Positions 57,301-64,000 of a stretch of 64,000 nt of DNA are shown in pieces. How positions within the stretch are numbered: position 1 is the first letter of the stretch; every line of letters begins with the position of its first letter. A program made the position numbers and the translations under genes. The notes under the pieces are model-generated. The model saw nothing but the letters and a program-made list of their open reading frames with translations, was not told the DNA's origin and made no database searches. Origin of the DNA: an uncultured candidate division Zixibacteria bacterium (lineage in GTDB: Bacteria; Zixibacteria; MSB-5A5; UBA10806); NCBI GenBank assembly GCA_963817915.1, contig CAWFQL010000016.1, positions 192,001-256,000 on the forward strand, in the 5' to 3' direction.

Positions 57301-59796
57301 GAAACGGAAATTCAAATCCAACGTCCAGATGATGTCCAGTGAATTATCCGCCAATAATCGATATCTTTTTTCGCTCTCGCGCAACGCTTCCTCGGCCAAT
57401 CTGCGTTCAGTAATATCAGCAACAAATCCTTCAAGGGCTATGACAGCGCCATCGTTTGAAAATATACCCTGGCCTTTTTCCCAAACCCATTTCTCAGTAT
57501 TATCCGCCGTAATAATCCTATAAGTAGTTTCGAATGGCTCTTTCTTAATCAAAGCCTCCTGAACATCTTCGAATACGCGCATTTTATCGTCGGGATGAAT
57601 TATATCATTATAGGTGATATTAGATTTGGTGATAAATTCATCCGGCGTATACCCGGTCAATCCGTAACAACCTTCGCTTAAAAATTCCATCGTCCAGTCG
57701 ATATCATTCCGGCAACGATATGCCATGCCGGGGAGATTGCCCATCAGGGTAGTAAGCGCCCTTTGTTTTTCGCGCAATTCATCCGAAACACTTGCCGCAG
57801 TGAGGGAAAGAGCTGCTTCTGTGGAAATAGATTCAAGCTGGTCTGCCTGCTCGGGCCCAAACGCATTGTACTGATAGCTTTGAACACTCAAGACGCCTAC
57901 CAAACGCCCCTGGGTCTTTAATGGGAAATAAGTGAGTGAACATGATGGTCTAGTAGAACCATCAATAATCGGATAATTGCTTTTCTGCAATTTCTGAATC
58001 TCTTCCGGCGTCCTGTGAATTATGACCGGACGGCCCTGAGTCATGACATGATGGAGATTTTCTCCTAATTTATGATAATTGATAACTCGGTTGGTCTCAA
58101 TTATTTTGTCGCCGCTTGCTTCCGTATCAAACCTGTAAAGGATTTCAGATGATTCATTCGGCTCCGGCGAATTTAGGAGCGCGATAAAGCCGGCGTCACA
58201 CGGCATCAATGTAGAGATGAAATCGAAAGTAGTTCTGGCTATTTCAGTTATTTCTGATAACCCCACCAATGCTTCCAAAAAGCTAGCTCGGGCCTTTGCC
58301 GTCTTTTCATCTCTCCTCGGTTCGGATATATCGGTTATACTAATAAGTAGTTTGCGACCCGATTTTCCCGATGCTCCCGAGATGCCGATTATTTCGAAAC
58401 TTAGCGTCTGGATAATATCGCCGGTGCCCGATCTGCACAGCAAATCAATTTCAAATCCGACGGGTTGTTCATATCTTTTATTGAGATACTCCGTAAGCCG
58501 TTGTCTGATTGTACTGCATGTATCCAAATTATGCTGGGATTCCATTGTCGTGGCGTTTTTGATTGATTCGATAATGCTTTTGCCGACCATGGGTTCGCGA
58601 AAAGCATTGAATTTCTTGGTAAAACCGAAATTGACATATTCAATTATAAGCTTATCATTGATGATTGCCAAGGGCGAAGGGATCGATTCGACTATCATTC
58701 TGTTCAATTCGCTCAGGCGTTGGATTTCGGCAGATTTTTGCTTTTCTAATTCAAGCTTTAGGCGCGCCTTAATCGCCCATCTCGACGAGATTCCAAACAG
58801 TACAAATAATACCACGAGGAGCAGAATCATGAACGCCATCAGTAGATAATCTTTGTTTATGGGACTTGAAAGATCATCGCGGTTGCCTACAATCGCCGAG
58901 CTAAAATGACGATTAAGAATATTTATCTCTGTGAACGCAACCAGTTCTATGGTGCCGCCCGCCAAATTATTTTTGTATTCAATTGTCCCGGATTTCTCAT
59001 CCTGAATTCGCTTTCTTACGATATCTTCCATTTCTTCTTCTTCGGGATCTATACCGTTATGCTCCGCCCGATAATCTTCTTCGATTTCTGCCCAGGTTCT
59101 ATAGAGATATTCGGGATTGGGGTGATACAAAATTCTGCCGTTGTCATCGACTATCCATATTTCGCCGCCATTAGAAGCGCCTTCCCGAATGAACGATTGG
59201 GTCCAGAATTCCCTAAGATCAATTCCGGCCATAACTACGCCAATGAAATTCATGGACTTATCATATAGCGGTAAGCTTAAAAGCAGGGCTTTTTCTGTGC
59301 TATCATACGGGCATGTACTTATTCCGGTCAAATAGGCTTTACCAGTAATGCGAGGTTGGATGAAGCCTTCCTGATTCGAAATATCGGTACCCCTTGAACT
59401 GTCATGCCTGGGATATCCAAAGAGGAAATGACCCTTTGAATCGGTCATATAAATATTCTGAATTACGTTATCGTGTGAGGCATAAAATTGCCTTATTTCT
59501 TCCATGGCTTCGGAGGTAGCCTCATTTGCCCTTATTGAATATTTAATATGGGTCAAATCCGAGTAAATATCCTCAAATTTGGCTTCTACCGAATTCTTCA
59601 GATAATGGATTGTTGTCAACTGCTGTTTCTGATATGCATCTATTAAGGCTTTTTCGTTTTGAAGATGCTTCTTATTAACCAAAAATACCAGTACCGGTAT
59701 AATAATGGCCACCAAAACCAATAGTCTTTGATGTTTTATAAAATTCTTAATATAGATTGCGAACTGAGAGAATCTCTTAAAACCTGAATTAAACAA
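54352..59796 (-). CDS. Hybrid sensor histidine kinase (TM-Cache-TM, PAS, GAF, six further PAS, HisKA, HATPase, REC)
   Basis: [42 protein letters not shown]-terminal receiver (TDIIMPG, KPF). Confidence 0.92.
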   Translation of the reverse strand: MFNSGFKRFSQFAIYIKNFIKHQRLLVLVAIIIPVLVFLVNKKHLQNEKALIDAYQKQQLTTIHYLKNSVEAKFEDIYSDLTHIKYSIRANEATSEAMEEIRQFYASHDNVIQNIYMTDSKGHFLFGYPRHDSSRGTDISNQEGFIQPRITGKAYLTGISTCPYDSTEKALLLSLPLYDKSMNFIGVVMAGIDLREFWTQSFIREGASNGGEIWIVDDNGRILYHPNPEYLYRTWAEIEEDYRAEHNGIDPEEEEMEDIVRKRIQDEKSGTIEYKNNLAGGTIELVAFTEINILNRHFSSAIVGNRDDLSSPINKDYLLMAFMILLLVVLFVLFGISSRWAIKARLKLELEKQKSAEIQRLSELNRMIVESIPSPLAIINDKLIIEYVNFGFTKKFNAFREPMVGKSIIESIKNATTMESQHNLDTCSTIRQRLTEYLNKRYEQPVGFEIDLLCRSGTGDIIQTLSFEIIGISGASGKSGRKLLISITDISEPRRDEKTAKARASFLEALVGLSEITEIARTTFDFISTLMPCDAGFIALLNSPEPNESSEILYRFDTEASGDKIIETNRVINYHKLGENLHHVMTQGRPVIIHRTPEEIQKLQKSNYPIIDGSTRPSCSLTYFPLKTQGRLVGVLSVQSYQYNAFGPEQADQLESISTEAALSLTAASVSDELREKQRALTTLMGNLPGMAYRCRNDIDWTMEFLSEGCYGLTGYTPDEFITKSNITYNDIIHPDDKMRVFEDVQEALIKKEPFETTYRIITADNTEKWVWEKGQGIFSNDGAVIALEGFVADITERRLAEEALRESEKRYRLLADNSLDIIWTLDLNFRFTYISPSIKNMLGYTVEEAMELTVDRYLTVESFNKLNQEFKEDLELEKVDSSDPFRYRTIELEYIRKDGSKIWAEIKASYLRDNNNNIIGFVSAARDISKRKRAEDALKASEERYRNIFEHGPLGIVIVDSDLRFTKVNSSFCNMLGYTEEELMNMTINDITHPEDMDESLEKAHRIFTNDVKSYSIRKRYVKRNGEYIWANLTVAMLNEDSKNNSYTLAMVEDITDHKRAEEALALAGVYNRSLIEASLDPMFTIGPNGKITDVNAATEKATGFNRNQLIGTDFSGYFTNPEKAREGFLQVFHDEKVIDYALDLRHKSGSVMSVLYNASVYRDDAGQVIGIFAAARDITGRKKMEDALKLTQYGIDHSDILIFWIAPDGHFINVNEVASTMLGFTKDELQSMTIMDIDTFITPQNWLGLWTKIKLHGNFISESDFRKKDGGHIPVEVNINYQEFNGQEYHFVFARDITELRNAQETLRRLGTAVEQSAEAIVISDAQGNIQYVNPAFEEITGYKSSEAIGQNPRILRSNKHDAKFYKEMWDTITRGETWKGHIINKKKSGELYEEDATISPIRDGAGKIINYVSVKRDVTQEVALENQLRHSQKLEAIGQLAGGIAHDFNNLLTAINGYSELTLERLDDSDPMKQDVEEIKKAGERAASLTRQLLAFSRRQMLQPKTLNLNSVVVDMNKMMQRVMGENIDIKLNLAGDLGNIKADISQVEQIVMNLSVNARDAMPHGGKLIIETSNVNFDDNPAVYGVEISKGRYIKLSVSDTGYGMDEKTRSHIFEPFFTTKDVGKGTGLGLSTVYGIVQQSGGQIMVESEAGVGTVFSIFLPRSEEVFDESSKDKDKSLVLGGTETILLVEDEDIVRDLAFRILSKAGYKVLQASHPGEAIAICSSYDSPIQLIITDIIMPGMNGKQVYDRVSVSFPNIKVLFMSGHTDKTIIKDGALDSTINFIAKPFKTSQLLQKVREILTAAETKTI

Positions 59797-59922
59797 AACG
59801 GATTACCCCCCGACAAATAATCACGGACATATTACCTCATCCCGGGCCAATATTTGCTTTCATTCTATTTAAGACGATATGGCCATATTTCATTCGTCAT
59901 ATCCCTATGTATGACATAGTAA

Positions 59923-59949
59923 ATATCGGCATTTGGCGTCGATACTTTA
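59923..59949 (-). promoter_or_regulatory. sigma28 (FliA) promoter
   Basis: Minus strand TAAAGTAT-N11-GCCGATAT, near-consensus. Confidence 0.75.
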
Positions 59950-60078
59950 TGATATTGGGACCCCGAAATTCGGTACAATTTCCGGCTGCGGAGTATTGAA
60001 TAAGATATCTTCAGCTTTCTGACTTAATTTGAATTTATATGGCCGTAATGGATGGGGCTGAGCTTATAAAAACGAGGT

Positions 60079-60549
60079 TTAATAGCTGCAGATAGTAATC
60101 ATATTTTTGAGTTCTTTGACTTGATCAAGAGCCTTATGCAGGTCTCGGCCTTTTTGTTTGAGGGTTGTCTCCAATTCCATAATTCTCTCACCGATCTTCA
60201 GGCGCGACTTTAGCTCATTTGAATCGAATGGCCTGAATACGTAGTCATCGGCGCCAGCTTCCAACCCTTCGGCTATATCATCTTTGCGATTCTTTGTGAT
60301 CAACATTAATATATAAATATGGTAATAGGTTTCGTGCTTTCTAATTATTTTGCAGAGCTCCGCGCCGCTCATGTCGGGCTGGCTAACATCTATTATTGCT
60401 AGCCTCGGGTATTCTTTAGACGTTAATATTTCCTTTGCCTCCTTGCCGGAGCAAGCCGCGGCTACTTCGTATCCCCAGTTGGACAAGGTTGCCTCAAGAA
60501 GTTTTCTCGATATTTCATCGGGCTCGGCCACCAATACTTTGAATTTCAT
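60079..60549 (-). CDS. Atypical response regulator (receiver + coiled coil), C-terminally truncated
   Basis: Receiver with AEPD and VFRPF deviations; ends ITICSY-stop. Confidence 0.75.
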   Translation of the reverse strand: MKFKVLVAEPDEISRKLLEATLSNWGYEVAAACSGKEAKEILTSKEYPRLAIIDVSQPDMSGAELCKIIRKHETYYHIYILMLITKNRKDDIAEGLEAGADDYVFRPFDSNELKSRLKIGERIMELETTLKQKGRDLHKALDQVKELKNMITICSY

Positions 60550-60603
60550 ATTTTATCCATGGATCGTAATATTTTTTTAGGATTTCACAAACCTTCAAAT
60601 ATA

Positions 60604-60630
60604 TTATCGACATAATTTCGTGCAGTTTCA
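60604..60630 (-). promoter_or_regulatory. Possible second sigma28 promoter
   Basis: Minus strand TGAA-N15-GTCGATAA upstream of ATG 60549. Confidence 0.45.
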
Positions 60631-60680
60631 ATTTTGCTAATTCATCTGCAGATATTTCCGAAAATATAGATTTTTTATTC

Positions 60681-60715
60681 AAAACGCAAAAGCCCCGAAA
60701 AAGATTCGGAGCCTT
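60681..60715 (-). terminator. Intrinsic terminator of the chemosensory operon
   Basis: Minus strand AAGGCTCCGAA-TCTTT-TTCGGGGCTTT-TGCGTTTT. Confidence 0.7.
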
Positions 60716-60819
60716 GACAGATATGCAAAATCTATTCGCATCGGCAAAAATCAAGAAGACAATGTGATTATTGCCTTTAATTAATTTTTATCTATTAATA
60801 AAATAGTATTCCTTTCATA

Positions 60820-61335
60820 TTAAACAGTCATGGAGGCCGGATCAGGAGCCTTAACTGCTGTTTCGCCAGTTCTCACTTTCATGCTGATCTCCATCACAAA
60901 ACTGCTGCCTTCCAATTTGAATGGCACGATAACAACCGGTGTGCCGGCCTTATGTGTAATGGTATGGGCATTACCCATGACGACTGTTGGGATTGAGATA
61001 TCGAATGACAGCCTCATTTCGGAATATTCCTTTTTAGCACCGCCGGCAACTATATTAGCCAGCTCGCCTACGATATCGCGAACGTCATCATTAATAGCGG
61101 TCAATGATTCATTCATCATTTTATTATAAATTTTGAGCGCCGTGGCAGTCGGAAAACTCAAAGCCACCGACCCGTAGATATTGCTGGCCGCGAATCCTAT
61201 GATTCCCGAAATATCGCCCTGCGGAATACTATCATTCTTTACCGTAGGCGCCATTCGCTCTGCGGGCATCCCCAACATCGTCTCGATAGCCGCCACAACC
61301 GAATTTATGAAAGGATTGATAAATTTAACGTCCAT
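60820..61335 (-). CDS. cheX: Chemotaxis phosphatase CheX
   Basis: INPFI, DISGIIG, GELANIVAG (ExxN), ISIPTVVMG. Confidence 0.9.
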   Translation of the reverse strand: MDVKFINPFINSVVAAIETMLGMPAERMAPTVKNDSIPQGDISGIIGFAASNIYGSVALSFPTATALKIYNKMMNESLTAINDDVRDIVGELANIVAGGAKKEYSEMRLSFDISIPTVVMGNAHTITHKAGTPVVIVPFKLEGSSFVMEISMKVRTGETAVKAPDPASMTV

Positions 61336-61359
61336 TTTATCCTCCAGCTTCCACCAAGG

Positions 61360-61719
61360 TTATTTTCCAAGTGTGGCTTTAACTTTTTCGACCAGTGTTT
61401 CGGGCGTGAATGGTTTTACTATATAGTTATTAACGCCTTGCTTAAGGGCTTCCATGACCTCGGTTTTGGCTCCTTCTGTTGTAATCATTATTATCGGAAC
61501 CTGCGCCAATTCGTTACGTTTTCTTATTTCTTTTACCAGAGTAAGCCCGTCCATAATCGGCATATTCCAATCTGTAAGCACCAGCTCGACGCCTTCGATA
61601 TTATTAATTGCTTCGGCGCCGTTGCTTGCTTCGACTATCTCGCTAAATCCGGCGGATTTTAGATTTCCTCCGATAATTCTTCGCATAATGGAGGAATCAT
61701 CGACTACCATGATCTTCAT
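61360..61719 (-). CDS. cheY: CheY-like single-domain response regulator
   Basis: VVDDS, TDWNMP, MITTE, YIVKPFT. Confidence 0.88.
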   Translation of the reverse strand: MKIMVVDDSSIMRRIIGGNLKSAGFSEIVEASNGAEAINNIEGVELVLTDWNMPIMDGLTLVKEIRKRNELAQVPIIMITTEGAKTEVMEALKQGVNNYIVKPFTPETLVEKVKATLGK

Positions 61720-62225
61720 TAAAAACCTCCCTGCATTGCAACATTATTTTTTCCAGCCATTTGGGGACTGCCTTCCGCCACGAAGGCTGTCAAGACTTGC
61801 CCGCCAACATCAAAGGAGAGAGAAAGTATTTTTTGGGGAACATTAGTCATCGCTCCCTTTCCGATTAGCGGAAGTCCGAGCTCGAAGCTTTTATCATGTG
61901 GCGTATATTCCTTCATAAAGACGCCGGCGATCGTATTCAGGATTTCAGCCAAGGCGTCACCGACAGATTCATCCGTCACATCTTCAGACACTTCTCCGTA
62001 TAACGCTTCGGTGACCAGTCTGGCATATCCGGCAGACACTTCAATACATATTTCACCCGCGAACGGCTGCAGGATTGCGAGCCGAGCCCATAAATTTTCT
62101 TCCGGTATCACAGGAGTAACCATATCGCATCCAAGGAATTCGACTTCCTCAAAAGCCATATCCTCCATCGTCTTCTTCAGAGCAGTCATCAAAGAGGTCT
62201 TAATTAGTTCTGTATTTTCAATCAT
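61719..62225 (-). CDS. CheX/CheC-like protein
   Basis: DALAEILNTIAG (ExxN), FELGLP; likely ATG at 62225. Confidence 0.75.
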   Translation of the reverse strand: MIENTELIKTSLMTALKKTMEDMAFEEVEFLGCDMVTPVIPEENLWARLAILQPFAGEICIEVSAGYARLVTEALYGEVSEDVTDESVGDALAEILNTIAGVFMKEYTPHDKSFELGLPLIGKGAMTNVPQKILSLSFDVGGQVLTAFVAEGSPQMAGKNNVAMQGGF

Positions 62226-62616
62226 TGCCTGCCCCTTTTGATTTATGGGATAATGGTTCAAGGGCTTTGGCCATTTCCTGAGGTGAAATCGGTTTATTCA
62301 ATACGGCGAACGCTCCAAGGCCTTTGAGCTCGGCGGACCTGACATCATTGTTGGCGCTGGTGATCACCAGAATAGGAAGATTGGTCAATGATGGAGTTGC
62401 CTTCATATGCATAAGAAGCGAACGTCCATCCATTTGCGGCATATTCAAGTCGGTAACGAGAAGGTCGACCTTGTTATTTTTGGCCAATTCCAGCGCCTCG
62501 GCGCCGTTTTTGGCATCAAGGAATTTAGCGTCGCTGCAACCGGCGATTTCCAGACATCTCTTTATGATCATCCTGGCAGTGGCAGAATCGTCAGCAACAA
62601 TAATATTTTGAATCAT
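62218..62616 (-). CDS. CheY-like single-domain response regulator
   Basis: VADDS, TDLNMP, ITS, NKP; ATGA overlap with the HDOD stop. Confidence 0.85.
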   Translation of the reverse strand: MIQNIIVADDSATARMIIKRCLEIAGCSDAKFLDAKNGAEALELAKNNKVDLLVTDLNMPQMDGRSLLMHMKATPSLTNLPILVITSANNDVRSAELKGLGAFAVLNKPISPQEMAKALEPLSHKSKGAGND

Positions 62617-63485
62617 GCCCATGCCTCCTCGTCGCCGGCAATAAATTTCTTGGTTTTCGAAAATTCAATTTGGACGGTCAAGAGCACTCGCGCCAAATCA
62701 TCCCTGCCAAATGTCAGGTATCGTTCGTAACCGTCGTCGATTTTGTAAGCCAGAACATCGGCGCCGGTTCCGCTTCCACCCATCATAGAAACTAAATCGG
62801 CAACATGGGTAACAAATATTAGCCCTTTATGCTTATCATCTGAATCTGCCGGTTTATGATGAAACTTTATTGCTTCAGCCAAAGACGCCGGAAGCTTCCA
62901 ATGCATTGCCAATTCATATCCTACGGCAGCGTGATTAGTGCCAATCAGTGTATCCTCGGCCGCCAGGAAATCGTTGGTCTTGCGTTCATCGCACCATTTA
63001 GTCAAAGTTTCGGTATTTCCAACCAAAAATTCGGATATAATCGCTTTCCCGATATCGTGCAGCAGACCGGCGGTGAAGGCCAGGTCCGACGATACGCCTG
63101 TACGCGCAAATTGCGAAATCTCGCGGGCAGCTATAGCTGTTTGCAGAGAATGATTCCATAAATCGCCGGCTCCGCTTTCGTATCCTTGGAGAGGCAGATT
63201 GAAAATCCTCGATGAACACGAACCGACTGCAATACCCGCCACAATCTTTTCACCAAGATGGATAATCGCACGCCCTAAAGTGGTCATGGGATATCCCGGC
63301 GAAAATGCCGCCGAATTTGCGACTCGAAGCACACGCGCTGTCAAATAGGGATCATTCTCGACAATTTTGACTACATCCTTCAGGGAATGATTGTCTTCGC
63401 CCGAAATGGCGAGGAGTCTCGACGCGACAACTGATAGCATCGGAACTTCATTGATTCTTTTTGAAACAGTTTCAAGTACGTTCAT
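62613..63485 (-). CDS. HDOD domain protein
   Basis: DPYLTARVLRVANSA, LWNHS, AGLLHDIGK, HWKLP..AIKFHH; ATGA overlap with the cheD stop. Confidence 0.9.
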   Translation of the reverse strand: MNVLETVSKRINEVPMLSVVASRLLAISGEDNHSLKDVVKIVENDPYLTARVLRVANSAAFSPGYPMTTLGRAIIHLGEKIVAGIAVGSCSSRIFNLPLQGYESGAGDLWNHSLQTAIAAREISQFARTGVSSDLAFTAGLLHDIGKAIISEFLVGNTETLTKWCDERKTNDFLAAEDTLIGTNHAAVGYELAMHWKLPASLAEAIKFHHKPADSDDKHKGLIFVTHVADLVSMMGGSGTGADVLAYKIDDGYERYLTFGRDDLARVLLTVQIEFSKTKKFIAGDEEAWA

Positions 63486-63967
63486 AATTCCCATTCACCC
63501 CTTCCAGGTGAAGACAGCATGACTTTGCCTGTGTCGACGAATACTGTTACGGTTCTGCTGATTGCATCGCCTACGTCTTCCGCAATTGGGCCAAGTTTAT
63601 ATTTCCATAATATTTTTCTCACAGCTAATACATTTCTTTTCCCGATGTTGAATGTATTATTCGGGTCCATTATGCTCGCGCCGCCCGCGAGCTTTACTAT
63701 TACCTTTCCGTTGACATCGCTTCCAAGCTTTTTCATCTCGCTGATCAATAAGGGTATTCCGGTGTCCGCGAACATACCGGGACGTTCGCTAACCCTGCTT
63801 TTATTGATCGACGAATCCGGCAAAGCCACGTGAAGCATTCCTACGACCATTACCCGCGGATCAAGCATTATTACCCCAACACAAGAGCCCAGAGCCATGG
63901 TTTTTACAATTTCGCCACCTGTTTTAGAGGCGGCTAATTCGCCAACACCGACGTATATCGTCCCCAC
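63482..63967 (-). CDS. cheD: Chemoreceptor glutamine deamidase CheD
   Basis: ALGSCVGV (catalytic Cys), GMLHVALP, KLAGGA, IGKRN, EDVG. Confidence 0.92.
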   Translation of the reverse strand: MGTIYVGVGELAASKTGGEIVKTMALGSCVGVIMLDPRVMVVGMLHVALPDSSINKSRVSERPGMFADTGIPLLISEMKKLGSDVNGKVIVKLAGGASIMDPNNTFNIGKRNVLAVRKILWKYKLGPIAEDVGDAISRTVTVFVDTGKVMLSSPGRGEWEL

Positions 63968-63999
63968 TATACCTTCTCCGCAAATAAATTCATCACTGT
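63967..63999 (-). CDS. 3' end of an upstream gene of the chemosensory operon (identity not determinable)
   Basis: TVMNLFAEKV-stop; the TAG overlaps the cheD GTG by 1 nt. Confidence 0.35.
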   Translation of the reverse strand, partial: TVMNLFAEKV

Positions 64000-64000
64000 C

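Noticed and set aside
60681..60715. c-di-GMP-I riboswitch (ACGCAAAAGCC resembles its core)
   Set aside because: It lacks the upstream GCAAAC/GAAA stem and is on the wrong strand; better explained as the minus-strand terminator.
1..64000. tRNA, rRNA, CRISPR array, prophage or integron
   Set aside because: No cloverleaf/T-loop signature, regularly spaced direct repeats, or phage/integrase genes seen by eye; tRNAscan-SE and Infernal would be needed for certainty.

Overview
Gene-dense bacterial chromosomal window, most likely from a diderm anaerobe of the FCB-associated candidate phyla. A Zixibacteria-like origin is inferred from the dockerin-like 'GDANG..NGLDVIYLVNFFKGG' tails and a T9SS-type C-terminal domain. 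I recognised no rRNA, tRNA, CRISPR array or prophage. Housekeeping genes: ftsE-ftsX-envC-holB-ricT-metG, ilvC, an ABC-F ATPase and an M29 aminopeptidase. Secreted hydrolases: an M1 peptidase, a gingipain-like C25 peptidase with dockerin, and a ComEC-like MBL with Ig repeats. Redox genes: a multiheme cytochrome c, an HdrF/FadF-like protein, a hemerythrin and a ferredoxin. Motility/signalling: a stand-alone motAB pair and the 3' end of a chemosensory operon (cheD-HDOD-REC-cheX-like-cheY-cheX) followed by a sigma28-preceded, 7-PAS hybrid kinase. Most notable: (1) a translationally coupled envelope operon linking an AsmA/YdbH-like bridge protein, a YnbE/YdbL-like lipoprotein and an exported ~2,500-aa TolB-propeller/TPR/double pseudo-CHAT protein; (2) a RAYT transposase with cognate REP doublets (one inside its own ORF), plus three four-way-junction REP-like elements that appear to share interchangeable hairpins; (3) an unannotated leader-peptide attenuator in front of a heterodimeric ABC exporter; (4) a sigma54-preceded operon of four tiny proteins, including two zinc ribbons; (5) an unannotated 36-aa ArfA/BrfA-like micro-ORF. 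Five net +1 frameshifts (C25 peptidase, ftsX, three in the TPR-CHAT gene) are probably sequencing or assembly errors.
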